Below are positions 49,952-59,812 of a stretch of 64,000 nt of DNA, in pieces. Within the stretch, counting starts at the first letter, position 1, and each line of letters begins with the position of its first letter. The position numbers were made by a program, and so were the translations under genes. The notes below the pieces were generated by a model. It made no database searches. It saw only the letters and a list, made by a program, of their open reading frames with translations, and had not been told where the DNA came from. This stretch comes from Trueperaceae bacterium (lineage in GTDB: Bacteria > Deinococcota > Deinococci > Deinococcales > Trueperaceae). The DNA is taken from the NCBI GenBank assembly GCA_965213705.1, contig OZ243913.1, forward strand, positions 96,001-160,000. The letters are read 5' to 3'.

Positions 49952-51168
49952 ACGAGGTCGAGAAATATCTCAAAAAGGCGACCAGGGGCCTTTGGGGCAG
50001 CAAGAAACGCGAAGTAAGGGAGGAGTTGGCAACGCACATCGAAGGGCGGGTCCAAGCGCACCGCATCGGCGGGTTGGACGAAGAAACGGCTGTGCAGCGC
50101 ACCCTGAGCGAACTCGGCAAGCCTGCGCAGGTGAGCGGTGGGATGATGACGCTCCACACGATGCCGTCGCTCATGGGGTTGGGGGCGCTTTTATCTACTG
50201 CGCTCGTCTTGAGCATCACGCTCATTTCGGGGGGCATGGCGCAGTCTGTACCGGGGACGTTTTACTGGCCTTCGAAAGAATGTGTCGACGCTTTTCAAAA
50301 AGGTACGGTGAGCAGCAGTCCGTTTCAGGACTTCATGAACAAAGTGTTCAATGACGACTGTCTTCAGGCAGACAACTCTCTATGGTTGAACTTCGACACG
50401 TTACGTCTCATTTTTGAGGAAGCTGGCATAAAAACTGATGAGGGAAAGAGAGTGGTAGGTCTACAGTTCCCGAACGGCGAAAATATAGCCTTCCCGCTTG
50501 GTAGTCCCAACGTTTCGGTCATGGGTGAGGACGACAAACCTATCCCTGTTGAGCAGGGTTACTTCGACCTTTGGGAACTCGTCAAGGCCGTTGCGTTGAA
50601 AAGCAACATCCCCTTGAGCTTTGAAGGCTGGGACAACCCCACCGTTCATATCGGTGATGCTTCGTTTCAAGTCGGTACGCCGGAACAACCTTTTCAAGGG
50701 GATGACTTTTACGAGAATTACCTCGAGAACGTACTGTTTACCGTCGCCGGACCCGTAAGTGGGAACTACGTCCAATTGGTCAACCCTCGTATAAGACGGT
50801 TAGCCAAATCCGAAGGTTTAGAGAGCTTCAACTGGGACGAAAGTTATGTAGCACCGGGCAAAGCTCGGCTGGACACCGAACCCACTTCAGGAATCTATGG
50901 TCTCATCGTGCTGTTAGACCTTCAGAGCCCTCAGGGTCACAAATTCACCGACGATGACCAACCCGATACGGCCCTTTACATGTCTCTGGCTCGAGCCAAC
51001 CCCGACGGCAGCATCAACCTCGAGTTGCCCAGCCAAGAAAAGATTCACTTCGTTAATACGTTTCACTCGCTCTCGAGACCGGGCGACGCCATGCTGGTCG
51101 AACTTGGGGCCAGTGCGGGCTCGTGGTTCAAGGGGGTTGCGCCTGAGCAAATAGGGCTCGAGAGGTGA
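49948..51168 (+). CDS. Permease-prefix/HAAS-like domain membrane protein, paralog 1
   Basis: ATGA overlap with padR. YLKKATRGLWG.KKREVREEL..HI, one TM helix and a large low-GC external domain. Confidence 0.8.
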   Translation: MNEVEKYLKKATRGLWGSKKREVREELATHIEGRVQAHRIGGLDEETAVQRTLSELGKPAQVSGGMMTLHTMPSLMGLGALLSTALVLSITLISGGMAQSVPGTFYWPSKECVDAFQKGTVSSSPFQDFMNKVFNDDCLQADNSLWLNFDTLRLIFEEAGIKTDEGKRVVGLQFPNGENIAFPLGSPNVSVMGEDDKPIPVEQGYFDLWELVKAVALKSNIPLSFEGWDNPTVHIGDASFQVGTPEQPFQGDDFYENYLENVLFTVAGPVSGNYVQLVNPRIRRLAKSEGLESFNWDESYVAPGKARLDTEPTSGIYGLIVLLDLQSPQGHKFTDDDQPDTALYMSLARANPDGSINLELPSQEKIHFVNTFHSLSRPGDAMLVELGASAGSWFKGVAPEQIGLER

Positions 51169-51172
51169 CACG

Positions 51173-52372
51173 ATGAACAGCAAAATTGACAGATACCTGA
51201 GAAAAGCGACGCGGGGGTTGTGGGGCCGTAAAAAACGTGAGGTCAGAGAAGAATTAACAACACACATTGAAGGGCGCGTCCAAGCGCACCGCATCGGCGG
51301 AATGGATGAGGACACTGCCCTGCAACGAACACTTGCCGAACTCGGCCAGCCTGGGCAAGTTAACAGCGGGATGCTGAAGCTGCACGCGGGGCCGTCGTTG
51401 GCCGGGCTGGGCGCTTTACTCGTCTTGGTCTGCGCGCTTACGGTGACGCTGGTCTCGAGCAGCCTGGCGCAATCTCTGAATGTCAGCGAACAGCTTCCTA
51501 CACCTGCTTGCGCCGGCAGCTTCACAAGCACTGACGACGAATTCATCAGCGGACTTTGCAGCTTCTACGCAGGTGGCGTTTGGACAACCGTCGAAGCGCT
51601 TGAACAGGTGCTCGAGCCGCAAGGGGTCGAAGTCGTATCCAACCCTGACAGCCTTGTACTCACCTTTCCTGGAGAAACGAGACCCATCTTCATACCTGCA
51701 ACGTACGATTTCGGCTACCCGATAGTCGAAGACTATCCGCTAGATGAGTTAGCCGACGCTTTTCAGGTTTTGCCCGGTTACCTCCTGGTATGGGACGTTT
51801 TGGACCGTGTTGCTGCAAGTAGGGATTTGCCGCTCGAGGTTGAGGGCTGGGACAACCCGAACGTATGCCTCGCAAACATCACTTTTCAACTCGGTACGGC
51901 TGAAACAGTCGTTCAAAGCGGCAATTTTTATACACCCTACTTGGTAAAAGTGACAGAAAAACTTTTCTCTCCGGAGGCTAGCTCCGTCCCCTTACTTCCC
52001 TCTACTGTTTTTCCTTCGGACAAACTCCTTACCCGACAGTTGCGACTCGACGGCAAACCGGGCGACATCTACGGTGTCGTCAGCTATAGCGCTACCACCG
52101 TTGAACCCTGCACGGTGTTTCCAGTCGAAAAAGGGTACTGCGGTGGTTGGGCATCCTTCGACACCAGTTTTATCATCGACGTTGCACCTGCCGCGCAGGA
52201 CGGTTCGGTTACTTTCCAACTACCCAAAGCCGATGTTGCTCCAAGTTACGTCGCTCGTTTCAGCAATCGGCCTCGAGCGGGTGAGACGATGATTGTGCGC
52301 TTGACGGGCAAGGCCGACAGAAACGGGTACGGCTACGAGGTGGTTCCGCCGGAGCAGATAGAGCTCGAGTAA
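51173..52372 (+). CDS. Permease-prefix/HAAS-like domain membrane protein, paralog 2
   Basis: N-terminal ~65 aa closely similar to paralog 1; shared EGWDNP...FQ.GT and V.PEQI.LE motifs. Confidence 0.8.
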   Translation: MNSKIDRYLRKATRGLWGRKKREVREELTTHIEGRVQAHRIGGMDEDTALQRTLAELGQPGQVNSGMLKLHAGPSLAGLGALLVLVCALTVTLVSSSLAQSLNVSEQLPTPACAGSFTSTDDEFISGLCSFYAGGVWTTVEALEQVLEPQGVEVVSNPDSLVLTFPGETRPIFIPATYDFGYPIVEDYPLDELADAFQVLPGYLLVWDVLDRVAASRDLPLEVEGWDNPNVCLANITFQLGTAETVVQSGNFYTPYLVKVTEKLFSPEASSVPLLPSTVFPSDKLLTRQLRLDGKPGDIYGVVSYSATTVEPCTVFPVEKGYCGGWASFDTSFIIDVAPAAQDGSVTFQLPKADVAPSYVARFSNRPRAGETMIVRLTGKADRNGYGYEVVPPEQIELE

Positions 52373-52374
52373 CC

Positions 52375-53808
52375 TCACGCCGTCTCGAGCTTGTACGCCT
52401 CTTTCGCAAGCCCATACGCCAAACTCTGCGCCGCGGCAAGCGCGTCTTCTTCGTCCAGCAAACCCTTCAAGGTCTCCCCCGCCAGCCAGTTGCACGTCAC
52501 CCGCCGCCACACGTCGTGACGGCTCGGAATAGAGGCGAAGGCCCTCGTGTCGTCGTTGAAACCCGCTAGGTTGTAGACTCCGGCGGTTTCGACCACGCTG
52601 TCCAAAAAGCGCTCCATCCCTTTGACCGAGTCGAAGAACCACCACGGCGGCCCGAGCCGCAGCGCGGGCCAGTGCCCGGCCAGCGGCGCGAGTTCGCGGC
52701 TGTAGCCGGTTTCGTCGAGGGCGAATAAAATCAGGTGAAAGTCGGGCTCGTTGCCATAAGCGTTGAGGAGTTCGGATAGCGAGCGCGTCCATTCGGTCTG
52801 CACGGGAATGTCCGCGCCCATGTCGCGGCCGAAGCGCTCGAACACGGCGCGGTTGTGGTTGCGCAAACTGCCCGCGTGAAGCTGCATGACGAGGCCGTCC
52901 GTTACGCTCATCCGGGCCATCTCGAGCAGCATGTGCGCGGTGAACTTCTCCGCGTCGTGGGCCTCGAGCCGCCCCGCCAGCGCCCGCTGAAAAATCGCCT
53001 CGGCCTCGGTCTTCGACAAGCGTTCGGTGTGCGGCGTCAGCGCGGCGTGGTCGGTGGCGACTGCGCCCGTTTCTTTGAAAAAAGCGCGGCGCTGCTCGAG
53101 CGCTGCAACAAGCGAAGCGTAGTCCGTCACTTCGAGGCCTGAGACTTCGCCGAGTTTGGCAATGGTCTCGAGCCAGCTCTCGGTGTCTAAATTCACCACC
53201 GCGTCCGGACGGAAGGTGGGGCGGATTTGCGTCCAACCTTCCTCGTGTAAAGACTGGTGAGCGGTTAGCGTATCGGTCGCCGCGTCGGTGGTGCAGAGAA
53301 CCTCGATGTTGAAGCGCTCGAAGAGGGCTCGAGGGCTGTATTCGGGTTGAGCAAGTTTGGCCTCAAGCTCGTCGTAAATCTCCCCCGCCGTGTCGCCGTT
53401 CAGCTTGGTGTCGATGCCGAACAGCGTGACAAGTTCGTCCTTGAGCCACAAACCCGTCGGCGTTCCGGCAAACAGGTAAAAGTGCTCGGCGAAGCGCTGC
53501 CAGACTTTACGCCCGTCGGTCTCGAAGGGAGTTCCGTCCTTGGTAGGTACGCCCAATTCCTCTAAGTTCATCCCTTGGCTGTAGAGCATCCGCAAGATGT
53601 AGTGGTCGGGGATGACGAACAGCTCCGCGGGGTTGCCGAGTTTCGCGTTCGGGTCGGCAAGGAGCTTCGGCGGCACGTGTCCGTGCGGACAGACGAGCGG
53701 CAGGTCGGCAACGTGCTCGTAAAGGTCTCGAGCGGTTCTGCGCTGCGCGGGGAGCGGCGAAAAGCAGCGGTCGGGGTCTAGCTGCCAGGTGGAACGGGTC
53801 GGGGTCAT
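52375..53808 (-). CDS. uxaC: Glucuronate (uronate) isomerase
   Basis: CPHGH, PDHY..RMLYSQG, CTTD, PTFRPD, MQLH.G, GPPWWF.DS, GFNDDTRAF.SIP.RHD. Confidence 0.95.
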   Translation of the reverse strand: MTPTRSTWQLDPDRCFSPLPAQRRTARDLYEHVADLPLVCPHGHVPPKLLADPNAKLGNPAELFVIPDHYILRMLYSQGMNLEELGVPTKDGTPFETDGRKVWQRFAEHFYLFAGTPTGLWLKDELVTLFGIDTKLNGDTAGEIYDELEAKLAQPEYSPRALFERFNIEVLCTTDAATDTLTAHQSLHEEGWTQIRPTFRPDAVVNLDTESWLETIAKLGEVSGLEVTDYASLVAALEQRRAFFKETGAVATDHAALTPHTERLSKTEAEAIFQRALAGRLEAHDAEKFTAHMLLEMARMSVTDGLVMQLHAGSLRNHNRAVFERFGRDMGADIPVQTEWTRSLSELLNAYGNEPDFHLILFALDETGYSRELAPLAGHWPALRLGPPWWFFDSVKGMERFLDSVVETAGVYNLAGFNDDTRAFASIPSRHDVWRRVTCNWLAGETLKGLLDEEDALAAAQSLAYGLAKEAYKLETA

Positions 53809-53865
53809 GGCGGGCCTCCTTGAAGTTAACGGACAAAGTAGCAGTTCCGAACGAGCCTAGAAGAA

Positions 53866-53966
53866 GCCCCCTTAACAAGGGGGGTTGGGGAATTTGCTTC
53901 TGACAACTTGTCATGGAGTCATTCACAGAAGCAGACCTCCCCTAGCCCCTCCTGAAAGGAGGGGGA
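53866..53966. repeat. REP-like composite palindrome
   Basis: cccccttaacaagggggg and cccctcctgaaaggagggg hairpins bracket a long stem (ggggttgggga..tgcttctg / cagaagca..tcccctagcccc). Confidence 0.7.
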
Positions 53967-53999
53967 CAGAACACAGCTCGAGCCTCACTTTGGTGACCA

Positions 54000-55262
54000 T
54001 CATGTACCCTTTACTTTATAAAGCATCTCGCCCGCCTTGGGGACGAACAGGACGCCCTCGGCTGCGCGGTTTTGCCACTCGGTCGGGTCCACAGCGTCAG
54101 GATTGAGGTAGCCAAGGGCGAGCCGGACGCAGTCTTCGCGGGACAATTTGGTCGCCAAGGTGACGTTCGCCCGCGGAACCTCCACGCCGTCCACAAATTC
54201 CCCATCGCCCCGCACATGCGTCGAGTGGGCCAGCACCCCGAGCGGAACGTGCTTGAACCGCTCCCACTGCTTCAAAAAGTAAGGCAAAACGTGGTAGCCG
54301 ATTTCATAGATATGTTCCCCGTGGACGCGGCTCACCGTGTCTAAGTGCGGCGCATAAATGACGAGTTCGCTGCCCGCGGCGAGGGCGGGCTCGAGCTTGT
54401 ACATCGCCTTGCCCGCCGTCCAGAGTTCGTCGTACATCGGCGGGGCTTGGGAAAGCACGCGCTCGAAGGGTTTGTCCACCCAAATAATGTGCCGTTTCGA
54501 AGAGAGGTTGGCGGCTTCACTCCAGGCGCTGAGGTAGTTGCCGACGAACATACCCGCCAAACCCTCGCCCACGACCGTCAGCGCGACGAGCGTGACCGGC
54601 GTTTTGACGTACTCGGCGGCGGCGTGAATCATGGCGCGCACCGGCGTGTCTTTGATGCCGATGGTGCCGCGCACCCCGGCGAGCGCGCCGAGCCAGTGGG
54701 TCACGTTGATCAGATGCGGTCCCGAAACGCCGGGGAACAGGTACTTCGCCCCGCCCGAGAAGCCGACCACCTCGTGCGGAAAGGTCGGGCCGAGGATGAG
54801 GACGTGGTCGTGCTCGAGCACCGCGCCGTTGATGTTGACCGGCACGTCGCCGCCCAACGTCGGGTGCCAGCGGTCGCCCGCGATTTCTTTGATTTGCTCT
54901 TGGGACAGCGTCGCGATGTTCGTCAGGGTGCCGGGGTCGTTCCAGGCGTGGTTAGTAAGGCCGATGTGGGCGAACTTCCCGCTACGCTCTTCCGGGGTCA
55001 CGCCGACGAGCTTGTTCAGTTGCGCCTCGCTCAGCGGCGGATGCGTGCCGAGGGCGACCATGAACTCGAGCCCCCCAACATCGTGCAAAATCTCGACCAG
55101 CAGCCGGAACAGTTGCGGCAGCGGCAGCGTGCGAGTGTGGTCAGGGATGAGGACGAGGACGCGCTGGTTTGTAAACTTGCCCTCGAGACCTTTATACAAA
55201 GTTTGCCGGACGGTGTCGGCGTCCAGAACCTGACCTGCTGGGGCGAGGGCTCGAGCCAACAT
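54000..55262 (-). CDS. LarA (lactate racemase) superfamily protein, candidate mannonate/gluconate 2-epimerase
   Basis: IPDHTR, ALGTH and PHEVVGFSGGAK LarA-N motifs; located between a uxuB-like gene and uxaC. Confidence 0.8.
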   Translation of the reverse strand: MLARALAPAGQVLDADTVRQTLYKGLEGKFTNQRVLVLIPDHTRTLPLPQLFRLLVEILHDVGGLEFMVALGTHPPLSEAQLNKLVGVTPEERSGKFAHIGLTNHAWNDPGTLTNIATLSQEQIKEIAGDRWHPTLGGDVPVNINGAVLEHDHVLILGPTFPHEVVGFSGGAKYLFPGVSGPHLINVTHWLGALAGVRGTIGIKDTPVRAMIHAAAEYVKTPVTLVALTVVGEGLAGMFVGNYLSAWSEAANLSSKRHIIWVDKPFERVLSQAPPMYDELWTAGKAMYKLEPALAAGSELVIYAPHLDTVSRVHGEHIYEIGYHVLPYFLKQWERFKHVPLGVLAHSTHVRGDGEFVDGVEVPRANVTLATKLSREDCVRLALGYLNPDAVDPTEWQNRAAEGVLFVPKAGEMLYKVKGT

Positions 55263-55263
55263 T

Positions 55264-56076
55264 TTAGACCCCTCCAAACGCCGCGAAGCCGCCGTCCACC
55301 GGCACCACCACGCCGGTCACGAAGCGAGAAGCGTCCGAGGCCAGCCATAGAGTCGTCCCAACGAGGTCTTCGGGTTTACCGAAACGGCCCATCGGCGTGT
55401 GCGTGACGATTTGTTGGCCTCGCTCGGTCAACGAGCCGTCCTCGTTCAGAAGCAGCTTACGGTTTTGCTCGCCCACGAAAAAGCCCGGCGCAATCGCGTT
55501 GACGCGCAGACCCTCGCCGTACTTTTGGGCTAAATCGACCGCCAGCCACTTTGTAAAGTTGTCGACCGCCGCCTTCGCCGCGCTGTAGCCGACGACGCGG
55601 GTGAGCGGTTTTTGTGCCGCCATCGAAGAGATGTTGATGATGGAGCCGCTACCCCATTCCCGCATCGCCGCGCCGAACACTTGCGCAGGGAGGATGGTGC
55701 CGAGCAGGTTGAGGTTCACGACCTCGTCTAGGGCAGCTTTTTCAACGTCGAAGAAGCTCAAATCTCCCACTACGGTCGCGCCCGGCAGGTTGCCGCCCGC
55801 GGCGTTGACGAGGATGTCAACGCGGTTCCAGGTCTCAAGGAGTTTGGAACAAGCTTCTTCAAGTTCCCCTCGTTCCAACACATCGGCGGGCAAGGCCAAC
55901 GCTTCGCCGCCTTCGGCCTCGATGCTACGGGCGACCTCCTCAGCCTTTTCTTCACGCCGCCCCATAATGGCAACCTTCGCACCCGCCGCGGCGAGCCCGC
56001 GCGCCATTGCGCCGCCCAAGACGCCGGTGCCGCCCGTGACGACGGCGACTTTGCCTTTCAAGTCGAAGAGGGTCAT
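55264..56076 (-). CDS. SDR oxidoreductase, D-mannonate oxidoreductase/fructuronate reductase-like
   Basis: TGGTGVLG, NAAGGN, PLTRVVGYSAAKAA, PGFF...QNR; hexuronate context. Confidence 0.88.
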   Translation of the reverse strand: MTLFDLKGKVAVVTGGTGVLGGAMARGLAAAGAKVAIMGRREEKAEEVARSIEAEGGEALALPADVLERGELEEACSKLLETWNRVDILVNAAGGNLPGATVVGDLSFFDVEKAALDEVVNLNLLGTILPAQVFGAAMREWGSGSIINISSMAAQKPLTRVVGYSAAKAAVDNFTKWLAVDLAQKYGEGLRVNAIAPGFFVGEQNRKLLLNEDGSLTERGQQIVTHTPMGRFGKPEDLVGTTLWLASDASRFVTGVVVPVDGGFAAFGGV

Positions 56077-57542
56077 GCTTCACCTACAAAAGGTCGCAGA
56101 TGCTTCTCGAAATGTCGCGCCAAGGTTTCATAGTGTTCTTCTTCGTGAGCCTCGAGCACCGTCGTCAGCTCAGATTTGAAGCGGTCGAGCACCGAGCCGT
56201 AGGTGACGTGGAGGACTTGCCGCGCGTCGGTTTGCTCGAGCAACCCCGGCAATTCCGCATCTTTCAAGCTCGCAGCACTCGGCACGCGGGTCGGGTCGCA
56301 GGACAAGAGATAGCTTTTGCGGTCGTGCTCGAAGCGCGCTCGTGAGTGCTCGAGCACCGCCCGAAAAAACTCCGGCGCAACCTGCGCGACGACGCGCAAC
56401 GCTTCCAAGTAACTCGTCCCCGCCGTCTTGAGGTGAACTAGGCCGCGGGTCGATTCATTCACGAGACTGTACACGCCGAACTTGTCTGAGCCCGAGTGCA
56501 AGCTGAGTTTGTAGGGGCCGAGCGCTCGCGCAACCTCGGCGTGGACGGTCAAGTTTTCTTTCAGTTCGTCCAAGTCGCCGATGTAGTCGACCCCTTTTTC
56601 AAACCGCCCCACGTAGCGCGGTGCCAGGCTCACCCACGCAACGCCCAAGCGCTTCAACTCGGACGCGACGACCGCGTGTTCGACGGGTGAAGTCGGGTGC
56701 GCGGTTTCGTCGACGGAAACTTCCAACTCGAACGGGATGCTTTTAGCTTGCAGGTGCCGGTACATTTTGACAACGTGGGAGACGGCAGCGCCGTACTTGA
56801 CCGCGGCTCGAGTCACGGCTTCGGGCGTGAGGTCCAGAGTTTGGGTCTCGAGCCCGACGCTACCTTTGTAAAGCCCCATGAAGTCTGTGGGCGTGGTCTC
56901 GAGCGCGTCCCAGGGCAACGCGTCGAAAGCCTCTCGCAACGTGCCGGTGTCCGCCGTCTCCGCCGCGTCGTTCACATACTCGCCGGGGTCGACGGTGTAA
57001 AAGCTGAAACCCGCCGCGGCGCAGGCGTCGATGTCCGCAGTCGTTTTGAGGTGGTCGGCGTCGGCACCCACAGGTTCGCGCCAACCCGCCTGAAACGCGC
57101 CCCAGGTAGCGTCGGTCATGACTTCTTCGGGTGTGCGGCCGGTGCGGGTCATTTCACGGATAGACTGTTGGGCAAAAATCGGTGCGATGTTCCCGCCGAC
57201 TTGCTGAAGGGCTGATGCGTGTCCCGGCGTGGCAATCCCGAGCCGGTCACCGAAGCCTGCCGAGGTTTTTAGGCCGAGCGGCACGGGCTGCAAGTTGGGT
57301 AAGAGGTCGCGGAGGGCGGCGGCGTTTTCAAAGCTTTTAACGGCCTTCAGGCGGACGAGGTCGTTTTCGCTCGAGGCAACCTCACCTTTAAAGATTTCCA
57401 AAGCACGGCTGTCGGGTGGCGCGACGAGGTTCAAGCTTTTTTCACCGTCCAACCACAAAACCGCGTCGCCCGCGGTCAACACAGAAGCGGAGTAATCCCC
57501 CTCAGCAAGATACTTTTCAGCCGTCACCACGTCCCCTTTCAC
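56073..57542 (-). CDS. uxaE: Tagaturonate/fructuronate epimerase
   Basis: GFGDRLG.ATPGH, FAQQSIREM.RT, GADADHLK, EVSVDET, SLHSGSDKF, HLKTAGTSYLEALR. Confidence 0.93.
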   Translation of the reverse strand: MKGDVVTAEKYLAEGDYSASVLTAGDAVLWLDGEKSLNLVAPPDSRALEIFKGEVASSENDLVRLKAVKSFENAAALRDLLPNLQPVPLGLKTSAGFGDRLGIATPGHASALQQVGGNIAPIFAQQSIREMTRTGRTPEEVMTDATWGAFQAGWREPVGADADHLKTTADIDACAAAGFSFYTVDPGEYVNDAAETADTGTLREAFDALPWDALETTPTDFMGLYKGSVGLETQTLDLTPEAVTRAAVKYGAAVSHVVKMYRHLQAKSIPFELEVSVDETAHPTSPVEHAVVASELKRLGVAWVSLAPRYVGRFEKGVDYIGDLDELKENLTVHAEVARALGPYKLSLHSGSDKFGVYSLVNESTRGLVHLKTAGTSYLEALRVVAQVAPEFFRAVLEHSRARFEHDRKSYLLSCDPTRVPSAASLKDAELPGLLEQTDARQVLHVTYGSVLDRFKSELTTVLEAHEEEHYETLARHFEKHLRPFVGEA

Positions 57543-58573
57543 GGCGCGCTCTGCCGGACAATGAGTTGAGGTTTCAAGACGACCCGCTCGCCGTAAGGCT
57601 CGCCCGCAATCCGGTTCAGCAGCGTCGCCACGGCCTGCGCGCCTAGTTCGTACTTGGACACGCCCAGGGTCGCCAGGGACGGTCTCGTCAGGCTCGCCAT
57701 GCGGATGTCGTCGCAGCCGACGACGGCGACGCGCTCCGGCACCGCTATCCTAAGTTCGTCCAGCGCCTGCAACGCGCCGATGGCGACGAGGTCGTTGTAG
57801 CAGACGAGGCCGTCCACGGGCTGAGTATTGAGAAGCGTTTTAGTCGCTGCGTAGCCGCCCGCTTCGTCGGGAGAACAAACGTGAATGAGCGATTCGTCCA
57901 CCTCTCGCCCGATGGTCTCGAGGGCCGTTCGGTAGCCCCTCGAACGCTCCTTGGCGCTGTAAGAGGCGTCCGGCCCGGCCAGAAAGCCGATAGTCTCGCG
58001 CCCGCCCCCGAGCAGGTGGTGAACCGCGCGCATCGTCCCGTGGGCGTCGTCGACGAGGACGCTGCCGGCGAGGTGCTGCGGCGCGCTGCGGTTGACAAGC
58101 ACGGCGGCGGGGTGTTGCGCGACGAGTTGCAACAGCTCGGCCTCGCCCAAACGCGAGCTGCACACGACCACACCGTCAGCCCTGGTTTCTTCCAACATGT
58201 GCAGCACGGCCCGCTCGCGCTCAGCACCTTCGCCGGTGTTGCACAGGACAAGGCTGTAGCCCGCCCGCCACGCCGCGTCCTCCGCGCCGCGCACGATTTC
58301 GGGGAAAAACGGGTTGGTGATGTCGGGAACGACGAGCCCGAGGGTGAAGGTGCGCTGCGTGCTCAAACTCCGCGCGACCTTGCTCGGCCGGTAGCCGAGC
58401 TGTTGAACAGCCGCCTCGACCCGCGCCCGCGTCGCGGGTCGCGTCTCGCCCTTGGCGTTGATGACCCTCGAGACCGTCATCGTCGACACGCCCGCCGCCC
58501 TGGCGACGTCGGCGATGGTCGTCCGCTCGGGAGTTGCGCTTGCACCCTTGTTACCGCTAACGGTCTCGTTCAA
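57539..58573 (-). CDS. LacI family transcriptional regulator of the hexuronate cluster
   Basis: TIADVARAAGVSTMTVSRVIN HTH, NPFF, CYND..AIG, VVGCDD. Confidence 0.95.
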   Translation of the reverse strand: MNETVSGNKGASATPERTTIADVARAAGVSTMTVSRVINAKGETRPATRARVEAAVQQLGYRPSKVARSLSTQRTFTLGLVVPDITNPFFPEIVRGAEDAAWRAGYSLVLCNTGEGAERERAVLHMLEETRADGVVVCSSRLGEAELLQLVAQHPAAVLVNRSAPQHLAGSVLVDDAHGTMRAVHHLLGGGRETIGFLAGPDASYSAKERSRGYRTALETIGREVDESLIHVCSPDEAGGYAATKTLLNTQPVDGLVCYNDLVAIGALQALDELRIAVPERVAVVGCDDIRMASLTRPSLATLGVSKYELGAQAVATLLNRIAGEPYGERVVLKPQLIVRQSAP

Positions 58574-58611
58574 GATGCTCGAGTATAGGCCGCCCCGAAA
58601 AGCTACGTCAA
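58550..58611 (-). promoter_or_regulatory. Promoter (TTGACG-18-TATACT) and LacI-type operator of the catabolic operon
   Basis: -35 at 58611-58606, -10 at 58587-58582. Operator GTTACCGCTAAC at 58550-58561, inside the first codons of lacI. Confidence 0.7.
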
Positions 58612-58696
58612 GACAGGCTCTGGCAAGCCGAAACTCTTAAAGATGCCTCTTGTACAACGTGAAAGCGGGATACTCAGTTCATGAAACCTCGCCTGA

Positions 58697-58761
58697 TTGA
58701 CACGGGCTCGAGCGGTGTGCTACGTTTTCAGGCAAGACGACATTTCAGTGTTAGCGGTAAC
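58697..58761 (+). promoter_or_regulatory. Promoter (TTGACA-18-TACGTT, extended -10) and LacI-type operator of the TRAP operon
   Basis: Operator GTTAGCGGTAAC at 58750-58761 is the exact reverse complement of the site at 58550. Confidence 0.7.
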
Positions 58762-58840
58762 GGTTGGAGTAGGTCGGCTCGTCGCTTTTCTCGGTCCGGC
58801 GGGTTCGCCGGGGCTCGAGAACTTTTCAAGGAGGATTTAT

Positions 58841-59812
58841 ATGCAGCGTTTGAAACTCGGTTTGCTCGTTTTGGTACTCGGTTTGTTCGGTCTGAGCTTC
58901 GCCCAAGACATCACCCTGCGCGCGGCGGACAACCAGCCCGAGGACTACCCGACCGTCGTCGGCCTCAAGTTTATGGCGAACTACTTGGCAGAAAACTCGG
59001 ACGGGCGCATTACGATGGAAGTGTTCGCGGGCGGGCAGCTCGGCGACGAGCGTTCGACCATCGAGCAGGCGCAGCTCGGCGTCATCGACATCGTGCGCAC
59101 CTCGACCAGTCCGGTCGGTGAGTTTTACGCACCGATGGGCGTTTACAGCCTCCCCTATATCTTCAGAAACCAAGACCACTTCGTCAACGTGCTGCAAGGG
59201 CCGGTCGGTGAGGAACTGTTGGCGGGTCTCGCCGAGGCCGACCTCGTCGGCCTCGCTTACTACGACTCGGGCTCACGCAACTTTTACACCACGAACACGC
59301 CGATTCGCAGCGTCGCCAACCTGCAAGGTTTGCGCATCCGCACGCAGCAGAGCCAGGTCGTCTTGGACATGATGGAACTCCTGGGCGCGGAGCCGGTGCC
59401 GATGGCCTTCGGCGAGGTGTACAGCTCGCTCCAAACGGGCGTCATCGACGGCGCGGAGAACAACTACCCTTCCTACGGGCCGAACGGCGTGCGCCACTTC
59501 GAGGTCGCGCCTTACTTCACCGAGGACGGCCACGCCCGCGTCCCCGAAGTCGTGATGATCGCCAAGTCCACCTGGGACACCTTGAGCCCGGAGGACCAAA
59601 CGCTGGTGCGCAAAGCCGCGCAAGCCAGCGTGCCGGTCCAGTTCGAAGCTTGGGCCGAACTCTCCGACGCCAGCGAACAAGCCGTCATCGACGCGGGCAG
59701 CGAGATCATTCAGGTGGACACGCAAGAGTTTCAGGACGCGGTGCAGCCCCTATACGACACCTACGGCAGTGAGTACGGCGACCTGGTGCAGCGGATTTTG
59801 GACACGCAGTAG
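58841..59812 (+). CDS. dctP: TRAP transporter substrate-binding protein
   Basis: Signal peptide, GQLGDE, YDSGSRNFY, GLRIRT, PMAFGEVYSSLQTGVIDGAENN; AAGGAGG RBS. Confidence 0.95.
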   Translation: MQRLKLGLLVLVLGLFGLSFAQDITLRAADNQPEDYPTVVGLKFMANYLAENSDGRITMEVFAGGQLGDERSTIEQAQLGVIDIVRTSTSPVGEFYAPMGVYSLPYIFRNQDHFVNVLQGPVGEELLAGLAEADLVGLAYYDSGSRNFYTTNTPIRSVANLQGLRIRTQQSQVVLDMMELLGAEPVPMAFGEVYSSLQTGVIDGAENNYPSYGPNGVRHFEVAPYFTEDGHARVPEVVMIAKSTWDTLSPEDQTLVRKAAQASVPVQFEAWAELSDASEQAVIDAGSEIIQVDTQEFQDAVQPLYDTYGSEYGDLVQRILDTQ

